DNA of 64,000 nt, taken from assembly GCA_051294905.1 (NCBI GenBank), contig CM119371.1:9798001-9862000 (forward strand). The letters are read 5' to 3'. A model generated the notes under the pieces. That model made no database searches, was not told where the DNA came from, and saw only the letters and a program-made list of their open reading frames with translations. This document shows positions 25,101-40,100 of this stretch, one piece after another. This stretch comes from Botryllus schlosseri. Lineage: Eukaryota. Positions within the stretch are counted from its first letter, which is position 1; each line of letters starts with the position of its first letter. Both the position numbers and the translations under genes were made by a program.

Positions 25101-28100
25101 CTTGATGACTTGAAATTGACTCGTGAATTTTGCTCCGAGTCAAGAGTCAATCCACATGTCTGAAACGCCGAGTCAAGTCAAGTCATACGAAAAAGGTGAA
25201 TCGAGTCTGACTCGAGTCAAGTCATGACTCGAGTCATCCCAACACTGCTATAGTGGTATATACCAATATATTAGACAGTTATACGTTATAAATCTTAATT
25301 CAAGGCTTTCTAAGTCCTGCAAAACCCGGTCATTTATCCCAGAAATGGTGAATGCCAAGCGGGGAAACACGGATACAAGTTTTACAGATCAGCTCTTTGG
25401 TCTGACCCGGTCAGGGTGTCAACATAATTCTTATGTCAAATTATAGATCGTTTACAAATCTGTCGTCATGCCACCGTGGACTCCCATCGTACCTACAGAG
25501 CTTAATATGGAATATTGTCACTGGGTATGGTGAGACTTGTCATGAGGAGAGAGGTTGAATATATGCAAATATGAAAATAAAACGTAGTAGAAAAATATTC
25601 AGAATAACAAAGCTGCGCTTTTAGGTATGTGATAACAATAGCTGAATACGGATGCTTCAGATAACTTGATAATTGAAGACATGGGTAATAGAACTAAAAC
25701 AACACCTACCTGACACCCGGACAAAGGGCATTTGCATAACCGTAGACATTGTACGCTCGAAATTGTAAAAATCCGCTTTGAACCAGAGATCTCATTTCCG
25801 TTGGGATTTTTTCGTTCAATTTATTGATTGATCCATCGTCGAATGTCACTGGCACCGTGACAGTTTCAGAGTCAGACTGAGCTGTAGTGTGAGCAAATAG
25901 ACCGATTAACATGATTCACTTGTCCGCAATTTATCTGCTTGGACAACAGTTTGATAAAAGTAGTTATACCAACTTACCAAACTCAGTGCGAGCGCGCAAT
26001 TATAGCTATTTGTCTGAATTATAATATATAACGAATGTCACACTAAGGTGAGACCAAAAGTGGGAGTCATGCTGGACTTTTTATTTCCAGATCCGGTTCG
26101 AGCTATATATGGACAAGCGCGGTCTCCACGTTGATCTGCAATCGACCCCCCCCCCTATGTGCGTGTACCCAGGGTTGCATTTAAAACAAAAATCAATTTA
26201 AAACAAACACGTTTAAAACGAGGCCCTAAGCATGTTTTTTTATTGTTTATTCACCATTACTCAATTGTGACGTCATAATTTATTAACATTGAGGATTGCA
26301 TTTATTATAGTGTAAACATAGCTCCTTTGACGAAATATCTGTACCATAACTATTGAACCGATTTTGAGGGTTCCAACCATCCCACATCAATACGCGTCAG
26401 CTAAATCGGGTGGTAATTGACCGTAGGCTCATACAACATGTTTTTTGGAATGTAATTACACAATTTATGGCATAACTTTACAACTTGAAAGAAAACACAA
26501 TTTTGTAATTATTTTACTTGTCCTTGTTTAATACACTATTTAAGACATGTTTTAAACAAAGTGTTTCAAAACATCGGCTGTTTTAAATGCAACCCTACTT
26601 GTACCTGTCGGGCTCTGGCCTGCTTTGGGATCAATCTGCACTGACCAATCGCAGCTCTTGATGATGGACTAGAACAGGTTAGTGATCGTTTTCGAGGAAT
26701 GAATAGTTCTATTCAAAAGATTCATCATGCCCCACTAATACTTGCACTGAGACAGAATTTGACATAATTATGATACGCATACATAGCGTCACAACCTTTG
26801 GTACTCATACCGTTAGATGTACACGAAGTCAATTCAGTTGGTACGCAGTATAAACGTTTATTTTTAAGTAAAGTTACTGTCTTCAAGAGCGCCATTAGTT
26901 TTAATGCAAGAAATGTCTTCAAGGAATGCATAATTTTATACTTATATGCGTCATTCCACTTAGTCGCAACCCGCCTTGATCAGTTTGTGAAAGAAAAAAC
27001 AATTGCAACAATCACCTTAGATGTTGCCTTGTTTGTTTGTGGTGTTTTTATTGTTTGTCAACTAATAAATAGTCATTTAGATCAGGCCGATATTCTTCAT
27101 TTCATTCCGTAGTTGCCGACTTGTAGCACAGCTTTATTAGACTCCGCCTACGCCGTGTTAGTGTCCGTAATTTATTAAACATGGACGGAATAGCTCGTGG
27201 ACCACCTTTCTTTCCAAATTTCTGTCCCGTGTTATTTGCTAATCCGCCAATGCTAATAACCCTGTAGGTTATATACGTTTCGACTAAAGTTGGGTTTTTC
27301 GTTAACTTCTTGGTATGTATCAAAACCATAGAACAGGGGTGTCAAACATACGGCCCGCGGGCCGCATCTGGCCCGCGAAGCCATTTCATCCGGCCCGCCA
27401 GACCATTTCTGGATAATTGAAGAAGACGCATGCTAAGATTGCTCAGTTTTAGCAACGGTTTGTATTTATCATATAACATTACGACAGCAATCAGTCAGAC
27501 GCGTTGTAGCGCGTTGCTTTCAATTGTTACGTATGAATGCTGCTAATCAGCAGGAATGAACAGTACACAGTTGCAAATTCGAGTGACTGGCATCAGCCGG
27601 ATGGTGATACGCTTGTCGTTGACATCGCATCTCGCCCGCTGGTGACACAAGTGACGACCGAACGAAATTACACTTAGTTGGTTTGCGACAAATTGCGAGC
27701 TCTTATCTCAGCGTGGGGCACTGGAGATTGTATCGACATGACGACAGTCATATTCCTAACCGACCCAGTTATTATTTTATCACGATATTCGTGGCTGGTA
27801 AATTCACATTCCGAAAATGGGGAAAATTAAACGAGTGGATACCGAGTGCCGAATATTCAAACAAAAATGGACCGAGAGTTTTTCATTCATAGAGGTGGAC
27901 GCGAAACCAGTATGCTTGGTTAGTAATCAGCAAGTTTCTGTCCTCAAAGAATATAATATTCGACGCCACTACGAGACTCACCATAAAAGGAAATACGGAG
28001 ATTTCAAAGGACATTCACGAAGTGACGAAATAAAAATACTTAGGGCCCGCCTGAAGATCAGCAATCCACCTTTACCCGCGGCCGGGATATAGCTGAAGCA

Positions 28101-31100
28101 TCTGTGATGGCAAGCTGCCTTATGAGTTGGTTCCGGCATCCAGGCCATATGCTGATGGAGAGGTGGTAAAAACGTGCATGTTGAAGGCTGCGGAGGTAGT
28201 GTGCCATGAAAAGCGGCACGCATTTGCCAATATCAGCCTTTCAAGAAACACGGTCGCAAATAGAATAGCTGACCTATCAAATGACTTGGAAAGCGAATTA
28301 AAAGACAGAATTAAAACATAATATATATATCGCATTTTCAGTGGCGATCGATGAGAGCATCGATGTCACAGATGTTACCCAACTGGCCATATTTATTAGG
28401 GGTGTTGATCCGTCGTTACAAATTACTGAGGAATTGCTTCAATTCCTTCCCATGACCGACACTACAACAGCGAGTGATATTTTCATCGCACTCGTTGGAG
28501 CGCTTAACAGGGTGGGGGTAGTCTGGTCCCGTGCCATCAGCCTGGCTACTGACGGTGCGCCGTCGATGGTCGGAAAGAAGACTGTCCTGGCCACGAAATT
28601 TCGGGAGAAGGTACGTATCGCGAAGGGCGGACAAGACGTATATTCGAGGGGTATAGCTTATCCCCGCAACGTTAGTATGTTTACTCAGTAAACTGTACGT
28701 GTATGCAATAAGCCAGTAACTTCATTTTTATGTGTGTTGAAACACATTTTACTGATCCGGCCCGCGAGACATTTGAAGGTCTGAATCCGGCCCGCGACCC
28801 GAATTGAGTTTGACACCCCTGCCATAGAACCTCGCGGTGGTACGCGGCGAGAAAAATTTTTCAAACCACTGCTTCCCACTGTGCGAACCGGACTTTTGCA
28901 TTTTCATCAGTACCATTGCTGCATCCCAAATAGCTCCGCTATACCCCACCGCGGTAAGATATAATAACAGTTGGCGTTGTAGAAATTTGATCACAGTATG
29001 TGTAGACCCATACCTTTTATTAGTTCATATTGATAGGTGTAAACACTTTGTAAAACCGAGTCCGCCACCGCATCTAGCTCGGATTGCGAATAATTCATCC
29101 CGCTTTCTCTGCAGTAAGATTACGGTGATATGGTGAACGCGGACAGAAAATTAATACAGTGCAATTAGTTACCGTGAAAGTAATACATATCCGAAAAGTA
29201 CTCGGGCAGGCGATCCGTCAATTATGTATTCAGCATTTCTATAACCGTAAGAAGATGTCGATTCTGATAACCTTCGAAGCTTGGAGGGATGTTTGGAATT
29301 CCACACCTTCGTAAAATAATTTACTGAATTGAGTCACCGGTATTTTCCGTGAGAATAATAAAGTATTTCATAGGATAAAATTAGGCATTGATAGACAGTT
29401 CACAATTAGATATATTCATAATACTTGAAATATATTATGCTACATATAGACGGGAATCACATATAGTCGACTGTAACGACACGCGCCTTCAGATCTCAAG
29501 TATCGAATTTTGGAGTCACGGTGCTTGTTAATATGCGTTGAGAGTTTATCTCCTTCTGCGTCTCCTTCAACACTATCCTTTCTGCTAAATAAAATGCATC
29601 CATCGATGGCAAGTGCTCAAAGGCATCGCGTGAAATTAATTGTAGAACGTCCATAATAGCAGTGATATAGAAAGAAAGCGTACAATCATAACTTAGCATC
29701 CACACATTGCATGTCTGAAATTGATTCCATATTGATATAAGGGAGCTCTGTAAAGGACTTCATTTTCTGAAGCCGCAATATTATATTGAGTTCGAGTATA
29801 TATTGTGCTCAATGAGAGCAACATAGTTGATCCCGACTAAACTGTAATCATCCTTGGACGTTTTCAATATCAAATATTTTTGGTGTTGAGTGATTCAATA
29901 TTTCAGAATACTAATGAAGACAGTAAAATATTAATTCGCATACTTGATATTACAATATCGGTTCATTTGGAGCATTGGTTCCCTAACTTTTTTGGTGTCT
30001 CGGAGCCGCATTTCAAATTTCAGAGTACGTTTGGGGCCGCACGAATACACTCACCAAAGGTATACCAAATATTATGGAGCATGAAATCACGTACCAACGG
30101 ATAGCAACACTAACAAGAAAAAATATACACAAATCAATTTAATGTCCAACTTGGCATTGGCTTTGAGCTTTAAGAAGCGTGTCAAAGCGAAGCGTGATTG
30201 CAGAGAATGCAGTAGGCAGTAGCTGCTTGAGGTGGCATCGGTCAATCGATTGCTCTTTTGATTTTTCATTCTGACCATTTTGTCGAAAAGTGCTTTACAT
30301 ACGCAAGTTGATCACAATAGAGAATCGTTTATTTGGTCATTGGTAATCAAGTTGTGATAGGTTCCGTATGGACTTGACTGCAAAATTCCAGTAAGTCCAC
30401 ACTTTTAAATAATACTTGAGCTCGATATCTGACTGCATGTCTAGCAACTCCAGTTGAAAATGACTAGAGGCAGTGGCCACATTAACTGCAATAAGATTTG
30501 AAAACATTTTCATAATGGGCAAAAAACTCATCAATAAAGTTGAAGTTCAGCCTGTTGTATGCATCAAATGATCCATTGGTGTGATGGCCATATACCGTTG
30601 GAAAGTATGTTGTCACACCGCCTGAACTTAAGTCTGGGCACAAGCTGACTTAACTATGAGTGCTGATCCCAACGCATTTGATTGTGAGTATACTTTTTGG
30701 CGTGACTTGAGTAACGAAATCGTTGCTGAGTAGAGAATCGCTACTCGACAGCAGAGAAATTGGTCTCCACCCTTAATTACAAACTTTAGACTCCAAGCCA
30801 AGCAACGGCACTTTTTGAAAATGAATCTAATTTTTTGTTGTTATACATTGATTATTCATCATTTTTGTAGGATTTTCAAACGTCAACGGAAGACGTATGC
30901 AGCTCTCGAAGCCGCGGTTGGGAATCACTGATTTGGAGGGTTTCACGAACTGAAACCAAGCACAGTTAGGCTAAATCATTCTTCTCCTTCCACTTTTGCC
31001 ACAAGTTAATCGTTATGCCACTGAACCATGATGGTATTACTATGGATGGGGTTACTATGCAGGTGAAATAGCGAAGCAGTTTTATACAGACTACTTCAGT

Positions 31101-34100
31101 TAAAATCGAAATGAATAAAATTATTCTTATTTCTAGGTGCTAATAAAGAAATGCATCATGACCCAGCAAAGTTATAAAAATGGTGATCAAAAATGTATCG
31201 AGTTGAATATTTTAAATTGTGGGTCTTGATGTCACAAAATAACATGAAATTTTTGTGATGTCATAACTAATTGGTCTTAGTAGAGAGTATAGCCCGACGC
31301 CCGTCACAAGCAGGATATCTACTAAAGCAGACCTGGACAATGTGTGGCCCGCGGGCCCAATGCGGCCCGCGATTCTGTTATATGCGGCCTGCGCAAAGTT
31401 GCTTGGAATTCAAACAGGAAACCTACTCAATATTACTGCGCGGAATAAAACCATAGTCTGTATAAACTGAACTGAAAATTCGCTTGCTTTTAAGCCTGTC
31501 TAGTTCTTTAATATGCCGAAATTACGAGCCTACGTACCTCGCATGCGATTGCGTAATCCGGATTCACAATATTGCCGAGGTAGCAAATTATTTCGTAACA
31601 ATCAGAGTCACAAGAAGACACAAAACCCCTTTTTTGCCAAATCCCTAATTCGTAAAACAAGTCAATTAATGCCCGTAATTACTACGAGTCATTAACACCC
31701 ATAAAGAATGAACGGGCATGTGGAAAAACACGGCCGACAGTTGGAATTCAAAGTAGGTTTCGAACACTAAATATTTAGAGTCAGGAGTAAACCCGTATTT
31801 TTAGTAGTTCCTGCCGAGCAGGTCGCCGTCTTTAGGGAGTGTAATTTAAGTCGGTCTTATGCCAACACACGAAGACATACGCTCGTTCAGAGAGGGCGAA
31901 TTTTAGAAGGACTGCAAGCTTAACACAACAACAAGGCTATTTTACCAAACTGAACGCTGTTCCGAAGGCAGTGACCAAAGCAATAGGATTTGTAGTATCC
32001 CAAATTCATTTTAATTTCTTGATAGAAAAAAAAGCTGATAGCGGTGTAACGAGAGTTCAAAATATGTCATGTTTAACATTGTTACAAATATAACGGTAAA
32101 TAATTATTTAATTAACCGTCACTTTCTCATTCATAATATCAACACTGAGAAGCATTTATTACCAGTGTCATTCTCTGCTTTCAATTTAGAAATACTATTA
32201 ATACGGTAGAGAATACAGCTAAAATTTTGACTTGGCCCGCCAACGTATTTTCTGCTTCTCATTTGGCCCACGGAGAAAAATAATTGCTCACCCTCCCCCT
32301 GTAATACAGGCAGCAACCAGTTATTAAATAGCACGAACCTTTGTACTCGCCACGTAGAAGTGGAAACGGCATTCCGTTTTTAGTTTCTGGTTCGGCTGAT
32401 AAAACTGGATCGCACTGAAGTAGATTTGGAAGTCGCCAAGCTGTGTGTTACCCTCGAAGTAGGTGATATTGCTGTTCTCGTAGCGAATTCTATACGAGTG
32501 CACCTGTAAAATAAATTGCTCCTCTACTTTTACAGATGACGATTTCCTCTAATCCCGGGCTGTCAAACATATGGCCCGCGGACCTCATCCGGCCCGCGAA
32601 CAAGTTCGAGTAAATGAAAATATTACGTGAATTAATCCAGCACATATTTGACGAATGTTTAGATTTCAGGAAGAAATACTTTCATTAAATAGCCCCTCAA
32701 CACAACAAATGTCGAGTATGTTCATAGGTCACATTAAACCACCCGACCGCGGTGTTACAGTTCCACTACTCCCCATTAGGAACCAAGTTGCTGGCATTGA
32801 CACCCGATTCAAGAAACGTAGAAGGTACACACTGATGTCAGAGGGTTGGGAAAATTGAAGCAAAAATAATTCTTCGCAGAAACGAAAACGCCGATGCGAA
32901 GCCGCAATACGCAGATTAAATGGAGAATAAAATGATCGCGAGATATAATTCAAATATTTGATATTACACTGCTGCAGCTTTTTTGACTCAAAAGGTGCCC
33001 ATTGTAATTTTGTCAATTCCACAGTTTGCGAAAAAAAGGCGTTGCTAAGGCTTGTTAACATGGTATTCAAGTGAAAAAAAAACATGGATTTTGAGGCAAC
33101 ATTTTAGAATCATTTGACTAATCCGGCCCGCGAGCGGTCTGAAAATCTGAATCCGGCCCGCGAGGCAAGCAGAGTTCAACACCTCATCAAACAACACAAC
33201 AGTCGGATATTCTGAGAAGTGGAACCTATTTATCAGAGCGTCAGTCACATAGACCTTAATGCGCAGAGTACACACTTAACACGACTCTGCCATCCATCAC
33301 TTCTAACAAATCGCTCCATGTCACCTACTTACATATTGAGCTGGCAATACCCTATCCCCAAACCCAATATATTGACCGAACAAATGAGTGGGTGACTAAA
33401 AGAAATGATCAATACCATGAATTTTATATTCATGTCATCGAAAATAAACAAGTCAAGCATAGGCGTCAGCGAAAGTCGTGAAACTACACTATTTACATCT
33501 CTCAATTTCTGCTTGATCATGCCTATGGTGTCAAAGCATATTATTTAAAATGATTTCGGTAGGTAAAAGGCAAAGACTGATTTCTATCGTTTATTTCACT
33601 TTAGGCTAATTGTCTTAAAAAGTGCTATAATTGTAAAATCATTTCCATCACATAACTGTAACGTTTAGTAGATACGTGCTCCATCATGGAAGACATTTTT
33701 TCAGACGGGTTGCATCCAAGGTACAAAGCTCCGAGTCACAAGTCCTTCTCACTTTTATAGTTTTGACTTGAGTCAAGTCGAGTTACTTCCAGTTCAACAC
33801 CGAGTCAAGTCCGAATGCAATTCCGCCGAGTCCGAGTCATGATATTATAACTCGAGCCTGAGTCCAAGTTATTGTTTTGACTGTTCAGTTTCCAGTCAGT
33901 CTTGTTGAACCTACTTTCTATAACTCTGTTTGGTGATATCGAATGCTTTGCATTTATAATAGACTAATTTCATCACTATTAGCAGTTTCTGGTCACATTT
34001 TCAAGTACCAGTACCAGTAGACAAAATCATAATAGTGTGGTTACCAGTGTTGGGATGACTCGAGTCCTGACTTGACTCGAGTAAGACTCGAGTCAACTTT

Positions 34101-37100
34101 TTCGTATGACTTGACTTGACTCGAGTCACTTCGGAAAAATGACTTGACTTGACTTGACTCGGCGCTTCAGAAATGTGGATTGACTCGTGACTCGGAGCAA
34201 AATTTACGAGTCAATTTCAAGTCGTCAATAAGTAAATGGGGTCAAATAATTGTTCGGAGTATTCGCGCTACGCCGGTGTCACCCCGGTGAGAGCAACCAG
34301 TCATTCACTGATTGTACGTTTCACTGGTCCTCCATTGTTACATCACAAATAAATTGGCCGGAAACTAAATGATCATAGCTTACGTTGACACATTAGTAGT
34401 AGCTTAATAGCAACGTATCTCCTTTTCGTAGACGGATCACTGCTTATATTGCGCAGTGCTCACCTTTATCAACCCTCTTGTATGTTTTAAATCGAATGAA
34501 TATAGTCAATCCGTTTATATTCTCACGGATGTGTAGATGGGTATTGTATTGTACCATATCAATTTGTTTAAACTTCTCTAGGCTTCGTATTCTATCCTCT
34601 ATTTTGGTCGATAATAACAGACTGTAGCATATAACTATACAGTTACTCACGTATTTTATTAGCAGTTCTACGTGTGTGGGTGCGATACACGCCTTTTTGC
34701 ATGTATATTTAACCTTATATTCGTTATTTTATTCAAGATAAATGGATAATTATTCTGTCTTTCACACAGCTGGCAAAATGTTATGAGTCTGAATTATCAC
34801 TGGCCCTTCAAAAAATCAATTTGACTTGAATTGTGACTTGACTCGACTTGACTCGAGTCAACTCCAAAAATCGAGTTATTTGACTTGACTCGAGTCACCT
34901 TTGGAAAATCTGCAATGACTTGAGATGACTCGGGGGGACTCGAAGGTCGTGACTTGATCCCAACACTGGTGGTTACTATACTATTTTTCGAAATTGCAAT
35001 GAAATGTCGGTATTAGCCGTCTGAGTGTCGACGTGTCGAGTGGTATGACTTGGTTCGAGTGCTGCGCAATGATTCGAGTCGAGTCATGACCCGAGTCATT
35101 ACAACCCTGGTAGACAGTACACACTGTTCAGACAGCCGGGATCGCCAGACGATTTTCTTGGCCCCGCGACCGCCTCTAGAGATCAGTGGTTTTCAAGCGG
35201 ATGGGTCCGCCCTTGGGGTGGTGGTGTGAGGGGAGGGTTGCGAAGTCGAGTCCAACTGAAAATACGTTCGCGCGCTGCGCGATTTACCTCCTATCCATTG
35301 ATATTGTTCACTGTCTAGTCAGAATGTCATGCTTCAAAATTCTCTTATGAGCAGTCATAACCTTGCTTGCCATTAAACCACCTGTTGTGATTGCTATCAG
35401 TGAGCTCGCGCTGTCTACCAAAGTCAGATTTATGAATATGTGGTTTCGAATCAAACATAAAGACTATAATAATCCAGTGACACTTATTTAGCGCAAGTTA
35501 TGAGCACACATTCAAACACATGTACCAGGAGGACGTCGGAGTTTATTACAGCTCCTATCATACCAATATGAAGTAATTTGATTTGGAACAGAAATTCTTT
35601 GTACGATGGGTTTCCCCTATTGTGTTTGTCCTAATATGGGCTTTGACATAACGTATATCGGGTTGCCAATCAATTGGATTACCACAGAAAGTATACGCGA
35701 CAATGTAGTGACTGTGCAGTGTGCAATATACCAAGCCATTTTTCGGGAGTAGGAGGGGTTAGGGAGCGGTTGATAGCTGATTTAAGGCCCAAGGGGCGCA
35801 GGGGGGGGCTTTGCGCAACAAATAATGTGAAATACTGCTCTAGATCAAATTGCTCGAAATCGGTGAAAACCCATGTCGATTCCCTTACGACGCCATTAGT
35901 GAAACGTTTGTATTCAGGGTCAAAGTGACTGAGCGTGGAAAACCTGCCTAATTCAACGAGTAAACTCAGAGGAATCAGAATCCAACTTGATGATTTATTT
36001 ATAGTCAGCAGATTGGGCAGATAGCATACCAAATTTAGCGCAATGTAGCCACAGCAGACAATGACGACCAATTATTTTGATTAATTTAGCGACTGCTAAT
36101 CGTGGCGCATTTTGGGCGGAGATCATAAGTTAGAGTTAGCTGATCCGGAATCATGCTAATCATCTGATTAAAAACTGCTAATCGGGACGCATAAAATCGG
36201 ACAAGGTTACGCCCGATGATTAGGCCTATACCCTAGGTGTCTCAAGTTGGCAACCAAGTTGTGTTGTGTGCCCTGTTATCTGTTGCATCATACTGGTTAA
36301 ACGAGTTAAAGACTGCCAGTTGTCAGGTTGTTGAATGAAAGTGTCGGCTGCCGATAAAAGATAGTGCGATATTGTAACCAGTGTTGGGATCAAGTCAATA
36401 CCTACCAGTCACGACTCATTTCGAATCATTGCAGATTTTGACTCGAGTCAAGTCAAGTCGAGTCACGAGTCAAGTCGCAATTCAAGTCAAGTTGTCTTTT
36501 CGAAGTATGAGGTATGATTGAGTCTTTGCATTCGCCATTTATTATAAATCGAGGAACGACTACAGAATTAATTAGACATGCAAAAAGGCGTTGTATAGCT
36601 CACGCATGCGTAGAATTACGTCTATAATTATCCGCTGAATTATAAAATAACGAAACTTCTGATAGTTGAGACGAATTGATATGAGGCACTACCCAATTAT
36701 ATATCCATGGGATACAATTTAGGCCTACACCAATCGTTGGCGAGTGATATAAACTATATTCGAATTTAATTTATATCTGTACAAGAGGTTTGGTTAAGGC
36801 AGGGGTCGCCAACCACATTTCCAATTTCGTTGTTTCCAATTTCGAGTTCATTTTATCCATATAAAATGGGCAACACAGCTTATCAGCCACGTTTCAAAAC
36901 TTCATGTAAGTACAACGCTGTGCTATCTAACATAGGCGATGGGCATAGTCACCGCAAAGCAGTAGTATTATCAAAGGAATGCAAATGCAACAAAAATCAT
37001 GATCATCACTTTCATTTTATTCTGAAGTCTGAGCTGTGCACGATATCTGGCAACGTTTTTCAGCGACTAAGGAATCTATATTGGGGCTTGCGAGAGACGT

Positions 37101-40100
37101 ACTACCTGAAAGACCATCTACAGTACACAAAGTCTGATTTTATGGCGAAGCCCTAAGCCGTTTTCTAAGCGTCTATCGGTCTTGCCAGTGTTTGGGCCAT
37201 TGCACGGTAAGGTAATATACCCATGCCCAATGCCCATTCATATCAGCTGATTCTCCCTCGACAGAATGATGTTGCCAATGTTGCCATCGCCAAAGCCGTT
37301 TTAGATTGTGAGGAATAGTGATGTCGGGCACAAGACAATAGTTTGTTTTGAAACAACAACAATATGTTGAAACTGTATTCAATTTGAGCATTTCAAAACG
37401 CTTTTCATAGCATTCTTCCGAAATATCAAATCAAGTCGCGGGCCGCATGCGGTAGGCCTAGTGAGCAACATCCATTGAGGAATAGGAATTTAATTTATAT
37501 TAGTGTGAAACGTTGAGGTCTTTCGGCAATGGCTTTGCGACGCGACCGATTGATTATCGAGTCAGTACCTCCATCTTTGAATCATTATTACCACCATGGG
37601 TGGGAGCGTATCGTCATATTATTACTTCGCCGAAACTAAAATGGTGGTTTACTTGGAATTTACTCACTTGTAGTCTATAGTAGCTGCTTTCTTGGTTGTC
37701 ATTCCTCACAAAGATTAGTGTTGTCGATGGAGGAGTAGAACTACTGAAATAAGTTGATCCGCATGGAAAGCTGGAGGTAAAAAGATAGATTTATCTACAT
37801 GCAACTTTGTGATTGACAATAATTTTTACTATCGTTCTATCTATCATTGGTTTATTAGCAATTTTATCAGTTCAATACACCACAAAAATGCGATACAACG
37901 AATGGATAGGTAGGTGACGAAGCGACTTGGAGTAGTCTATGGAATCAGACACCCACCTTGGTCTAGTCTAGGCGATGTAAAGAGGAGGCATGCACACTGA
38001 ATGACAGTGAAAGAAGATGGGGTGGCATGTCATGGAAGGCGAATCGATAGGTCAGGTCGTGGTCCGTTTTTGATGGTATTGGTGATATATTGATGTGCAA
38101 TGAACCAACTGTATTATAACAGGAATTCTCAACCCGCAGACGTTTATTTGTAGGCAATTATACTGTTGATATGGTATTGTTACATATTAATTTATCTACT
38201 TAGCTCGTTCATGGCAGCATGTCTGTTACTCCACTGCTAAAACATCAATGGGTTGTGGGTTCGAGTCAGACCGAGGCTGACTCCAGAATTTCTACCAAAG
38301 TGTTGTAGGTTTATCTAGGCTCCTCCTCGCCATCTTATCTGTGTAAACGATGTCCTAAAAAGCCTAGAAGTGGGCCGTGCTCTATGTCGGCAGTTACGCG
38401 ATCAAAAATGACGAATATCGGCCTGGTGTGAATGACCATTGCAGTCGACAAACACCATGAGTTCACAAACAACAACAACAACCGTGTCTGTATTGTTGTG
38501 ACTCATTCTTTGACTGTTACAATCAGGACTCGCCACGACTGGCTTGAACAGATCGCGACAAGGAAAGAGAAATTAGCGACGAATACTGGGTTTGCAAGTC
38601 TGCGTTGAACGATGAATTTGCTTTCGCAGGTATTCAAAGTTTAAAACGACATCACCGACAGTTTGATCTAGAGTTCGAAAATAAACATGGACCTGGTCCA
38701 CCTGATCTTTTAAAAAAAGTGTTGCTGGTGTCAAGCCCGGCAATCCATCTTTCGAGGCAATAACGTTAAAGAGGCATTGTTCACAATTGCTTGGAATATC
38801 GTTGAAGCCAAGAAGTCAAGTATACTATGTGGAATTTTAAGAAAGGCTGTGGGAACTCATTGATTCCAGAATTTAGCAACAACGACAACATCACCTGGCA
38901 AATGTCGATCTGTTATCGTAGTTTCGGAAACACGTTGCCGCACAGGCTACTCTGACCTTGCATTGGAGGAGCTCACCGACTCACCCACAGATATTACGTA
39001 GCTAAATAATCTTACGTCATTTTTTTAGAGTGGGCCCATTTGAAGAGGAAATGCAGGGCAAACGTGGGAGGGGACAGTCGTTCTGCATTGAGGGGCTTTT
39101 ATCGAAGACCAGCCAAAAACATCAACTTGACAAAGCTGACTTGCGCCATTGGAAGATGACTAATTCATACAGAAACAGTAATTTCTAACTTACGAACGCT
39201 GTTCAACAATGCTTTAGAATGCAACAAAATCTATTAAACGTCCCTTACGACTGGTAAATAAAGAAAATTTAATACAGCCTGCAAATACATGGTAATAATG
39301 TTCTGCGCCCCCGCAGCCTGCTTTGCTGTTAAAATGGGACCCGTTATACATGATATGTTGATAACCCCTATATTATACTCCGGTAACAACACCACTACGA
39401 CACTGCCAGTCGCTTTTAGTTCTCATGAAAGGATAACTTAACGTCGTATGGATTTGTATACTCCTGACACTTTAATTTCCATGGTGGTGGCCAGAAACCA
39501 TCCTTACCTTATAGTAAGGGGCACTCTAAAATGACGCTCTGGCGGATCTGATACCTTGCTGGCAGTGTTTGCATTCCTCGGAGCCGCCGATACCATCCGC
39601 TTAATTGTCATTCTTGGTATGGTCGTTAGTATTTAACTTTCGTTTCCGCGACCCAAGAGAATAGGCAAACGACCTTATTGTGGTCCCGATCCCTAGTTTG
39701 AAACCCTTGCAATGGATATATTATACTATATTTTCTGATAGTCAGTCAGTCAGTCAGTCAGTCAATCAATAAGTAAAGTTATATTGATTCGGAATAACTA
39801 TAAAATGCGATATCATACGAACTGTCTGCCTGCCTGTAGCTTGGCAAGAATGGAGATCGGAGGTTGAACAGTAGCGGAGAACAACTTCCACAACATAAAA
39901 ACGATTTTGCTTGCTTTTTACACAGTTTCGACAATTTTTTGACCTAACGCTACACTCACGACAAAATTCCGACACTTTTTGACACATGTCAAATAATAAT
40001 CGCTTTAGTTATGGCACAATGAACAGTTCTTCGTTCGTTTCAACAGAAGCTGGACCATTAGGTTGAAACAATGAGATCCATGCAGCAGTGGCGGCTCGTC

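Noticed and set aside
25320..25420. Possible fragment of a conserved-core SINE (tgccaagc...ctttggtctgacccgg)
   Set aside because: Too short and single-copy in the window to assign without a database search.
27102..27329. RVISIGGLANNTGQKFGKKG as an alternative phase 2-1 exon
   Set aside because: Weak donor (GTGGTC); exon 29014-29108 fits better with canonical sites.
35679..36071. 130-aa minus-strand ORF with an internal |GTAAGG donor
   Set aside because: No recognisable homology, and the implied exon would start in phase 2 where phase 0 is required.
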